From Nitrospirales bacterium (GTDB lineage: Bacteria > Nitrospirota > Nitrospiria > Nitrospirales > UBA8639): a stretch of DNA of 64,000 bases. The notes beneath the pieces are model-generated. The model saw only the letters and a list, made by a program, of their open reading frames with translations, did no database searches and was not told where the DNA came from. The stretch spans positions 1,568,001 to 1,632,000 of the forward strand of contig CBDCWC010000003.1 of the NCBI GenBank assembly GCA_965223295.1, read 5' to 3'. Within the stretch, counting starts at the first letter, position 1; every line of letters starts with the position of its first letter. Positions 49,129 through 57,554 of this stretch are shown here, one piece after another. The position numbers were made by a program, and so were the translations under genes.

Positions 49129-50022
49129 TTATTTGAACTGGGCAGTGAGGATATTTCGCATGGTGTCTACTGGGGCAGTCTGGCCAGTCCAGAGTTCAAA
49201 TTGTCCAACCGCTTGGTGCAAAAACATGTCAATTCCTTGAATGGTCTGACAACCAGCTGCTTGGGCATCCTGGAGCAATTGCGTATTGAGAGGGTTGTAG
49301 ACAATGTCCATGACGGTTAACCCTGGATGGAGAAAATTTTTAGGGACGCAACTTTGCTCAACCTTTGGATGCATGCCAATGGGCGTACAGTGGATCAACA
49401 ATTGAGAGGCCGCCGCCGCCGTGCCTAATGTTGAGTCCTCTAAAGGATAGTCGGTTACGGACATTTCTGTTTTATTTCGAAGATCCGTGGCAAGCGCTGT
49501 GCGTTCCTTGTCGTCGATGCCCAGCAGAACGAGATTCCCAATTTTCCCCTCTACACAGAGGCCGAATGCAATGGCTCGGGCCGCGCCTCCGGAACCTACT
49601 ATGATCACTTGTTGATCCTCTAACGTGACGCCCCCAAGTCGCAACGCTTGCAACGCACCGGTCGCGTCGGTATTGCGGCCGATCAGCTTTCCATTTTCTT
49701 TAAGAATGGTATTCACTGAACCAATGTGTTGTGCCGTGGTTTCAATGGAATCCAAAAATGGCATGATAGACACCTTGTGCGGAATAGTCACACTGAATCC
49801 GCGTATGTGCCCTAATGCGCGGATGCCCCGTATGGCGTGGTCCAGATCTTGGTTTTCGACGGGAAAGGCAAGATACGCGAAATTCAGTCCCAGTTTCTGA
49901 AATGCGGCGTTATGAATTGCCGGAGAAAGGGAATGTTCGACGGGGTTACCGAGAAGGCCACAAAGGCGAGTCTGTGCTGTGATTGCCATGCTGTTCTCCG
50001 CCATGGGTTCAAGTGCGGTCAT
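49129..50022 (-). CDS. aroE: Shikimate dehydrogenase
   Basis: HSLSP, SVTIPHK, NTD, GSGGAARA, DIVYNP. Confidence 0.95.
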   Translation of the reverse strand: MTALEPMAENSMAITAQTRLCGLLGNPVEHSLSPAIHNAAFQKLGLNFAYLAFPVENQDLDHAIRGIRALGHIRGFSVTIPHKVSIMPFLDSIETTAQHIGSVNTILKENGKLIGRNTDATGALQALRLGGVTLEDQQVIIVGSGGAARAIAFGLCVEGKIGNLVLLGIDDKERTALATDLRNKTEMSVTDYPLEDSTLGTAAAASQLLIHCTPIGMHPKVEQSCVPKNFLHPGLTVMDIVYNPLNTQLLQDAQAAGCQTIQGIDMFLHQAVGQFELWTGQTAPVDTMRNILTAQFK

Positions 50023-50243
50023 GCCGAGCCCTCGTTATCACATAACCGAGTCCTGAAACTCAACTGGTTCAAGCAGAGTTGCCGGCCTTGCTCTGTTACG
50101 AAAGCCGCAATATGACTTCCAGTATTCCTGTGGTTTTGAGATGGTTGTCAGCGGGAAAAGGAAGGGAAGCCTATTGGGGGAAGGTGTATTCCGGAGAGCA
50201 GAAACCTACTCCCCGGATCTACACATAGTCACGTCCGGGATAG

Positions 50244-50330
50244 TTATCGTGACGTTTTTTTCTTTGTGGTAGCCTTCTTCATGCGAACGGCGGCCTTTTT
50301 TACTGGTTTCTTTTTGGCAACTTTAGCCAT
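50244..50330 (-). CDS. 28-aa lysine-rich microprotein (not in ORF track)
   Basis: TAAGGAGGTGATC SD, then MAKVAKKKPVKKAAVRMKKATTKKKTSR*. Confidence 0.75.
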   Translation of the reverse strand: MAKVAKKKPVKKAAVRMKKATTKKKTSR

Positions 50331-50376
50331 GAGATCACCTCCTTAAAAAATAATTAGTAAGCAATACTATTCACGT

Positions 50377-50403
50377 TTATCGGCAGACATAAAAAAATCA
50401 TGA
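50377..50403 (-). promoter_or_regulatory. sigma28-like promoter
   Basis: TCATG-N14-GCCGATAA upstream of the microprotein. Confidence 0.6.
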
Positions 50404-50459
50404 GGGATTTTGTGAATTTTTTGCCTACCTGGTGAGGGTGGCGGGGTAATATCTTTGGA

Positions 50460-50650
50460 GGGTCTGTTGAAAAAAGCCGCCAGCGGCGTTCTCGCCCTTT
50501 TTCCGTGCTCACGTTGTGCCAGTACGTTCCGCGCGCAAAAAAGGCTGCGGCCTTGCTGGACGGACTTTTTTCAACCGACCCGACACTGTTGATCGCCCAG
50601 GGCTTCATGGCGAAATATGGTCTTTGATATCTTCATTATTCAACGCTCTC
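50460..50650 (-). mobile_element. ~190-bp MITE, copy 6
   Basis: TSD TTGGA/TTGGA. Confidence 0.9.
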
Positions 50651-50720
50651 TTGGAGGAAAGAGTCTTTGAGACTGTCATTGAGCCGCGTCATGCTGGTGT
50701 GCAATGTTGGTGAGACGGAT

Positions 50721-53057
50721 CTATGGTGTGGTGTGGGATACGGTCGGCAGGTGATGAGGAAACCGAATACGGAAGGTCGTTCCCAAGCCGACGGTGCTCT
50801 CAACGGTAATCGTGGCCTTGTGGAGGTCCACGAGTTGTTTGACAATGGAGAGGCCCAGCCCCAACCCTTGTGTGCCAATTTCGGGCAAGCGGTGGGCTTG
50901 GTAGAAGGGTTGGAACAGATTGGTTTGCGCTTCGGGAGGAATCCCGGCCCCAGTATCTGTCACGGATAAAAGGATGTGGTTTGAGGGGTTCTGGCAGAGA
51001 GCTACCGTGATGCGTCCTTCATCCGGGGTAAATTTGTGGGCATTGTGAAGAAGGTTTGTGAGAATTTGATGGAGACGATCGGGATCTCCCCAGACTGTCA
51101 ACTGTTCGTCTGGTCGGTTCAACACTAACTGCTGCTTTTTCGTTTGAGTCAGAGGCATAAGTTCTTGTGTGACCTCCTCCAGGAGGGTTGAAAGACATAC
51201 GGCCTGATTGGCCAGTCGCACGGTACCGGCTTCTATCCGAGAGAGATCCAGGAGATCGGCGATCATCCGAGTTAATCGATTGGCGTTTGCACTTATTCTC
51301 GTGAGGTACAGATGTTGACGTTCACCCAAGGGACCGACCATGCCCTGCAGTAAGTTTTCCGTGAAGCCCTTAATGGAGGTGAGAGGTGTCCGAAGTTCAT
51401 GGGAACAATGAGACAGAAATTGGGATTTCATTCGGTCCAGTTCTTTGAGGCGGTTATTGGCGGACTCTAAATCCGAATTGGCTTGTTGGAGTTCTGTGGT
51501 TCGGTGCTGAACTTTTTCCTCCAAACCTACATTGAGTGCTTCAATTTCGTCATAGGCCAAGGCGGTATCTAGAGTGAGAGCCATTTGATGGCCGATTGTA
51601 GAGAGCAAGTTTTGTTCGGGGATTGAAGGGGATATAGCTTGAGGGTTTCCTGCTACCAGAACACCGAGTGGCTGATGTTGGCTGACAAGGGCCAGGGCGA
51701 TCCCATTGTGTAATTGTCCCTCAGTGAGGAGTTGGTGGGTGGTAGGATGCGCGTGCTCGACAATGTCTTGGACCTGTTCAATGATGACAGGTGTGGGGCT
51801 CTTAAGGGTTTTGGAAAGAAGATCGTTGGGCGTTTCCGGAATGGTCACATTCTGAAGGTTGGCGGTCCATGACTGCTGTCTTCCATAGGTGTGAATGTTG
51901 TCAAACAGCTTGCCTTCGTTGTTCCATAAGGCAACCCAAGCGTGGCTGTACCCCAGCGATTCAACGATGGCCTGTAGGCCTGCTTGTATAATACGTGTTT
52001 GGTCGAGTGTGGAGCTCATGTGGAGTGTGAGGTTATGGAGCATGGTTAATTCATCCACATGGCGCCGAACTTCGACTAAGCTCTGTTCCTGTTTGAGATA
52101 TGCACTTCTTAGTTCTTCATGTTGCTGCTCTGCCGAGGCCAATTGTTCTTGAATGATTTTTCCTCGCTCTTGAAGTTCTTGCCGGTCAGTCCATAGTCGG
52201 CCAGCGATTGTGAGAAGTATAAAGGGTATGAGGGACAAGCCCATTCGAGTCCACCAAGAGTCATCAGGGAAGTATCCGGCCAATAGCCCGAATGTGATGA
52301 TCCCGCATACGATTCCTAGAAGAATCCAGTTGGTGACTGGTCGTCTCTCTGGATTCCAGATAAAGGTCCATTCACAATATTCATCTCCTTCGGCGATACA
52401 GCAGGTATCTTGGATGGTGGCCGGAGTCTGGCCAAACATGTTGGCGGGGACTTGGGCGATGGTGGCTTTAGTGCTGTGGCACACACGCTCAGCGCATCCC
52501 CGGAGATAGGGGCCCAACTGGGCTCGTGCCGATTTGGAGAATTGCATGCGCATGACTGCCTGGCCGTTCGTCACGGAGACGACTTCAGATTTGAGGGATC
52601 CCTTGGTGAACTTTTCTACGAAGTATGGAAACATCCGGTAGATCTGGATAACGGAAAAAGGACGACCAAGAATTTTGACAATAGGGGATAAAAACTTCTC
52701 CCGGCCTAGATTGAAATGAAAGTTAGGTTGTTCGGAGAGTTGGACAGAAAACTCTGCCAGGAACATCACAAATTCGTAGGAATAGCCATTCCAGGGATTT
52801 TTCAACAATTCGGCGGTGACATGGTAGGTGGGATCAGGAATGCGTTCATTCAAGAGGAAGACAAGTTTTTCGATGGCCTCTTGAGCGGCTTGGGCACCAT
52901 ACTGCCGTGTGACGATGGATTCAAAATATTCCAGATTGGCTCGGACCGTAATCCCGCTGACATCTTCAATTGTGGCCCCCTGCTGGTCCCGCCCAAATGG
53001 GCGAAATTCCATGAACGGGCGTTCAAGAATACGGTGAGTTTTTGGCAACAGGGTCAT
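50721..53057 (-). CDS. Sensor histidine kinase: V4R-like N-domain, 2 TM, GAF, HisKA/HATPase
   Basis: CIAEGDEYCEWTFIW, TM pair, GAF, SHELRTPL, NAHKFT, GLGLGL. Confidence 0.88.
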   Translation of the reverse strand: MTLLPKTHRILERPFMEFRPFGRDQQGATIEDVSGITVRANLEYFESIVTRQYGAQAAQEAIEKLVFLLNERIPDPTYHVTAELLKNPWNGYSYEFVMFLAEFSVQLSEQPNFHFNLGREKFLSPIVKILGRPFSVIQIYRMFPYFVEKFTKGSLKSEVVSVTNGQAVMRMQFSKSARAQLGPYLRGCAERVCHSTKATIAQVPANMFGQTPATIQDTCCIAEGDEYCEWTFIWNPERRPVTNWILLGIVCGIITFGLLAGYFPDDSWWTRMGLSLIPFILLTIAGRLWTDRQELQERGKIIQEQLASAEQQHEELRSAYLKQEQSLVEVRRHVDELTMLHNLTLHMSSTLDQTRIIQAGLQAIVESLGYSHAWVALWNNEGKLFDNIHTYGRQQSWTANLQNVTIPETPNDLLSKTLKSPTPVIIEQVQDIVEHAHPTTHQLLTEGQLHNGIALALVSQHQPLGVLVAGNPQAISPSIPEQNLLSTIGHQMALTLDTALAYDEIEALNVGLEEKVQHRTTELQQANSDLESANNRLKELDRMKSQFLSHCSHELRTPLTSIKGFTENLLQGMVGPLGERQHLYLTRISANANRLTRMIADLLDLSRIEAGTVRLANQAVCLSTLLEEVTQELMPLTQTKKQQLVLNRPDEQLTVWGDPDRLHQILTNLLHNAHKFTPDEGRITVALCQNPSNHILLSVTDTGAGIPPEAQTNLFQPFYQAHRLPEIGTQGLGLGLSIVKQLVDLHKATITVESTVGLGTTFRIRFPHHLPTVSHTTP

Positions 53058-53147
53058 GGCGCTCCTGATCGGGACGACCGTATCAGGGAGACTGTAAAGG
53101 AAATGATGAAAAGGGTGAAGGGGTGAGGCAAAAAAACTTTGAGGAGA

Positions 53148-54518
53148 TTAGAACTTCATCTGCAGTGACAGCGCTCCTACATGAATCGTGGTATCCCATG
53201 TACCATTGAGGAGCGGTTGTTGATTGTTGTTCACGTTACGAGCGTCGTACAACAACACTTGGTAGGCCAGGTCTAGTCCAATGGCCTTTCCTCCAAGGCC
53301 ATTGCAGGGAAGGCCTAAGAATCTACCGCCAGTCTGACACATGAATCCGAGGCCGACAGATATCGCATGGTATTTGGAATCTGGATTAGATGGATCAAGA
53401 AATTTACTGCGGACGGGCGTTCCAGATCGAACATATCCTCCACGAAACGAGACATCCCAATTCGGTAGACGAGCTGGTGATAAGAGAGAGTATTCTGTGC
53501 CAACCATCACGATCCATGCATCTCCATAGTTTCTGCGATTGGGAATTGTCGCCCCGTTCGATAATTTAAAGTCGAGATCTTCGAAGTCGGTCCAATCGGC
53601 ATACTCGACATCAACTTCCACTTTCCATTCTCGTTCCGTATTTCTGATGGGCCATCCGGCAATGGCCCAGGTATACACATCGGGGAGTTCGATGGTCGTT
53701 TTGGCATCAGCCACAAAAGTGCCACCGGCTAGAAATTCCCCATCTAAATTTAAATCTGCCCCGTGACGATAGACAAAACCGAGGTTGAGTCGTGGAAGGC
53801 CTTGTGCATTGCGCCAAGGGGTCCACAAAAGGCTCGCGTTAAATCCCAAAGCCGTGTCGCTGCCATTGCCTTCTAGATTTGTTCCTGCGGGAATGAAGAA
53901 CGGGTTTCCCGGTGCGGCCTTTTGTTGGACTTCTGCATGTCCTTCACCTAGAAAATCAGCAAATGTATAGATATCCAGCCCGCCACCGATGGCAATATAT
54001 TGGTTCAGCTTATATCCTACTGTTGGTTTAATATCCAGAAGTGGGAGAGCAGCCATGGTGCTGATCGGGGAGATGAGGCTATCTTCTGGGTATTCCACTT
54101 GTAGTGCGAAAGGAGAAGTGAGGCCTAGGCCGATGGTCCAATTAGACAAGCTCGTGAGACCCAAAGCTGGCAAATGAGCTGTGAAGAAAATCGTGGCCAG
54201 TGGTGGGTTGGACACAGTGCTTCCAAAATCCCCTTCGACTTTTGGACCTGCATCGCTTTTGAAGCGGAGAGAGCCGCCTATCAGTAAGGTTCCGGTTGAA
54301 AATTGAATGCCCTCGAGTTGTGTCATCCCGGCTGGGTTATAATGGACGGCAGAGGGATTATCGGCTTGGGCTGAAAAAGCTGTCCCTTGTCCCGTGGCCG
54401 CAGCTCCATGGTCTAAGACTCTAAACCCTTCTGCCCGTATGAGGGAAGGAGCCATGATGTGTGTGACTGACAAAATGAGGACGGGGAATAACAGCAGACG
54501 GGTGGTGTTCGTGCTCAC
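53148..54518 (-). CDS. FadL/OmpP1/TodX-family outer-membrane transporter
   Basis: A|EGF..., AQADNPSAVHYNPAGMTQL, C-terminal Phe; start set at GTG after GGAGGA. Confidence 0.9.
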   Translation of the reverse strand: MSTNTTRLLLFPVLILSVTHIMAPSLIRAEGFRVLDHGAAATGQGTAFSAQADNPSAVHYNPAGMTQLEGIQFSTGTLLIGGSLRFKSDAGPKVEGDFGSTVSNPPLATIFFTAHLPALGLTSLSNWTIGLGLTSPFALQVEYPEDSLISPISTMAALPLLDIKPTVGYKLNQYIAIGGGLDIYTFADFLGEGHAEVQQKAAPGNPFFIPAGTNLEGNGSDTALGFNASLLWTPWRNAQGLPRLNLGFVYRHGADLNLDGEFLAGGTFVADAKTTIELPDVYTWAIAGWPIRNTEREWKVEVDVEYADWTDFEDLDFKLSNGATIPNRRNYGDAWIVMVGTEYSLLSPARLPNWDVSFRGGYVRSGTPVRSKFLDPSNPDSKYHAISVGLGFMCQTGGRFLGLPCNGLGGKAIGLDLAYQVLLYDARNVNNNQQPLLNGTWDTTIHVGALSLQMKF

Positions 54519-54713
54519 AACTCCTCCATGAGTGTGGGGTTGGTGGAAAAACCGGCAAAGTGTATGAAATATAGCCAGATATTGCAATGTTGCCCCATGA
54601 AACTTAACCAGGGAAAATATGAAGGCGAAATATCAGGCAGGCAGGAAAAGTCATCCTAACTCTGTTCTCTTAAAAAAGTAGAAAAACTCTATTCATGAGT
54701 TGGAGGAAGCCGT

Positions 54714-55112
54714 ATGCAGGTGAAAAAACTCTTACATACTCGAATGCGGGTGAATGATATGGAGAAAACCCTAACATTCTATCGAGAAGTCATGGGCCTG
54801 GAAGTAGTCGAGCAAAAAGTGTCCCCCAGAGGATCGCATCTGGCCTTTCTGGCTGTTCCAAACAGCGAAGAATTGATTGAGCTCTGCAGTTTTCCAGCCA
54901 GTGGCGCCGTGACTGTGCAGGAAGATCTGGTCCATTTGGCATTCCAAGTAGATAATTTAGACAACACCATCCAAGAGCTAGAAACTAAGGGTATCCCGAT
55001 TACTGATGGGCCGACGCAGTCGTCTTCCGGAAGCCGGTTTATTTTTATCGATGCGCCGGATGGCTATGAAATTGAACTCATTGAACGGCCAGATGGGGTG
55101 GCAATCGTTTGA
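54714..55112 (+). CDS. Lactoylglutathione lyase / VOC-family protein
   Basis: LLHTRMRV.D...FY..V.G, HLAF, DAPDGYEIELIE. Confidence 0.88.
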   Translation: MQVKKLLHTRMRVNDMEKTLTFYREVMGLEVVEQKVSPRGSHLAFLAVPNSEELIELCSFPASGAVTVQEDLVHLAFQVDNLDNTIQELETKGIPITDGPTQSSSGSRFIFIDAPDGYEIELIERPDGVAIV

Positions 55113-55137
55113 CCAACCCAAAGAAGCGCGATCGGAT

Positions 55138-56865
55138 ATGAAAAACTTCACGAACCCCTCTGAAAGGCTAGTCTTGAAATCGAGCCATCTCGAAGACAAG
55201 CTTCAGAATCTTCCGAAGCAGCCTGGTGTGTATCTTTTTAAGGATCAGGCTGATGAAATTATCTATATTGGCAAGGCGGCGGTGTTAGCTGACCGGGTGC
55301 GATCCTATTTTCAGAAAGGAGCTGATCTGAGTCCAAAGATTCGGGCTTTAGTCGCCCATGCTGCAGATGTAGATATCATGATTGCCAAATCTGAACTAGA
55401 AGCCTTAGTTCTGGAAAGCAATCTGATTAAACGCCATCGTCCTCGCTTCAATGTCGTCTTGCGTGATGATAAGCAGTACCCGTATCTTCGCCTGCCGGTT
55501 CAAGATAATTTCCCTCGTCTCTCGATTGTGCGGCGGGTGAAAAACGATAAGGCCTTGTATTTTGGCCCTTATGTACCCACGGGGGCGATGCGCGAAACTT
55601 TGAAAGTCATTCGCAAAGTCTTTCCCTTGGCCACATGCAAGATTGACATTGATGGGACGGCTGATCGAGCCTGTCTGGAATTTGAAATCAAACGCTGCAT
55701 GGCACCGTGTACTGGACACCAATCTCAGGAGGATTATCATCAAATCGTGAAACAAGTTCGGTGGTTTCTAGAAGGCCGAGATCAAGAACTATTGACCTCA
55801 CTTCGAACTGAGATGTTAACGATGGCCGAGCGGGAAGCTTTTGAAGATGCAGCCCGTTTACGTGATCGTATTCTGAAAATTGAGCGTACGCTGGAAAAGC
55901 AACGTGTTGCACAAATTGGACCGGTTGATCAGGATGTCATGGGCCTGGCCCGGGCGGGGACTGCTGTTGATGTGCAATTGCTCTTTGTCCGAGGCGGCTT
56001 GCTGATTGGACGCAGAGATTTTTTCTGGTCTGATGCTGGAGGTGTCTCAGATGAGGAGCTTGTGCGGACGACGCTCGAGCAGTTTTACAACAAAGCTGTT
56101 CTGCCGCCCAAAGAACTGTTGCTGCCTGTGACTATTGAGGATCAAATATTAATGCAACGATGGTTATCGGAAAAAAAGGACGAATCCGTGCGTGTGCTTG
56201 TGCCCGAGCGTGGGGCGAAACGTCAGTTGCAGCAATTGGCGCAAGAAAATGCCGTGGCCGCTTTGAATGAACATCTGCGCGTCCATGCCGAATCACGAGA
56301 AGCGGTGGAGGAGTTGCAACAGTTGTTGGGATTGGCCGCTCCGCCGCATCGCGTGGAGTGTTTTGATATCTCCAACACCATGGGCGCGCAATCGGTGGCG
56401 TCGATGGTGGTATGGGAAAATGGACGGATGAAAAAGTCCGACTATCGCCGGTTTCGTATTAAAACCGTTGAAGGCGCCAACGATTTTGCCAGCATGCATG
56501 AAGTCGTTACACGAAGATATGGAGGCACGTTGGCCAAGAAGTCCGACAAAGTCTTGCCCTCCCCGGATCTTGTTATCATTGACGGGGGAATCGGTCAATT
56601 AGGTGCGGCCATGGAAGCTATCGCCAGTCTTGGATTGGCGAACGTCCAGGTCTGTGGATTGGCCAAGGCCAAAGGCGAAAAAGACGAACGTATGTATCTC
56701 CCAGGTCATAAATCCCCCATTGTCTTGCCGTTGAAATCTCTTGCTAGCCGCCTCGTCCAAACCATTCGAGACGAAGCGCATCGCTTCGCCATCACCTATC
56801 ATCGCAAACTACGCAGTGAAGCTTTTATTGCAATCGATCCTACAAGTATTGCCAAGGGATCGTAG
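55138..56865 (+). CDS. uvrC: Excinuclease ABC subunit C (lacks C-terminal HhH)
   Basis: PGVYLF..IIYIGKA GIY-YIG, ECFDISN, IDGGIGQ, RDEAHRFAI; start moved downstream of the VOC gene. Confidence 0.93.
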   Translation: MKNFTNPSERLVLKSSHLEDKLQNLPKQPGVYLFKDQADEIIYIGKAAVLADRVRSYFQKGADLSPKIRALVAHAADVDIMIAKSELEALVLESNLIKRHRPRFNVVLRDDKQYPYLRLPVQDNFPRLSIVRRVKNDKALYFGPYVPTGAMRETLKVIRKVFPLATCKIDIDGTADRACLEFEIKRCMAPCTGHQSQEDYHQIVKQVRWFLEGRDQELLTSLRTEMLTMAEREAFEDAARLRDRILKIERTLEKQRVAQIGPVDQDVMGLARAGTAVDVQLLFVRGGLLIGRRDFFWSDAGGVSDEELVRTTLEQFYNKAVLPPKELLLPVTIEDQILMQRWLSEKKDESVRVLVPERGAKRQLQQLAQENAVAALNEHLRVHAESREAVEELQQLLGLAAPPHRVECFDISNTMGAQSVASMVVWENGRMKKSDYRRFRIKTVEGANDFASMHEVVTRRYGGTLAKKSDKVLPSPDLVIIDGGIGQLGAAMEAIASLGLANVQVCGLAKAKGEKDERMYLPGHKSPIVLPLKSLASRLVQTIRDEAHRFAITYHRKLRSEAFIAIDPTSIAKGS

Positions 56866-57032
56866 GTTTCGAGTTATGTTAAGAAGCGATGGCCAGTCCA
56901 ATATGCTTTTGTTTTGTTCAAAGTAAAAACATGATTTCTCCCTGCTTTCTAGAGATGGCGGGTTTCGGCCCAATTGATAAGTCCGACTATTGAGTTAGTG
57001 GTTCTTACGGCAACTTTTAGACCAAGAAATTC

Positions 57033-57060
57033 TCAAGGTCTTTAGGGATTTCACCGATGG
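57033..57060 (+). promoter_or_regulatory. sigma28-like promoter
   Basis: TCAAG-N15-ACCGATGG. Confidence 0.55.
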
Positions 57061-57101
57061 TGTCTATAACAACAACCTCATGATTAGGTAGCATAAAATT
57101 T

Positions 57102-57335
57102 ATGCAATGTCCGCGATGTCAGGGAACGATGGTGGTTGATCATTTTGTGGATATGGCCACGAGTGGTGAAATTTGGATGCCTGGTTGGCGATGTTTAATG
57201 TGTGGGGAAATTATCGATCCAATCATTGAGAGTCATCGTCAGCAGCAACAAGACCATCAAGAAGTCGTCGGCGCTATTTCAGGATCGTCGGCCCGTCCTC
57301 CAGCCTCAGTTACTGCTAAGTCTCGAAAAGTCTGA
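57102..57335 (+). CDS. Small zinc-ribbon protein
   Basis: MQCPRCQGTM...GWRCLMCGEIIDPII. Confidence 0.8.
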   Translation: MQCPRCQGTMVVDHFVDMATSGEIWMPGWRCLMCGEIIDPIIESHRQQQQDHQEVVGAISGSSARPPASVTAKSRKV

Positions 57336-57554
57336 CTAAGTTCGTTTTTATTCCTCTTCATCTGGTTCTTCTCCTTATGAAATCTGTCTGAGAAGGTTTG
57401 TCCTAGACCTTTGCTTGTCGGGTCATTCCCTCTATGCTAGATTCTTTCTCGTGTGAATAGAGGAGAAAGTTTACTAAGTGACGCCGTTCTTTCTCTCCCC
57501 TAATACGAGGATCGGTAAAGTGTTCCTCCCCTAACATTCCCATAAGGCATCATC

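Noticed and set aside
11792-50650. Repeats as a CRISPR array or integron attC sites
   Set aside because: Copies are dispersed, in both orientations, ~190 bp long and have TSDs; no regular spacers, cas genes or integrase.
55006-55137. Extended uvrC start
   Set aside because: Overlaps the VOC gene by more than 100 nt and has no UvrC similarity.
57340-57554. T-box leader before leuS
   Set aside because: No T-box consensus (AAnnnGGGTGGnACC) or terminator/antiterminator recognised.
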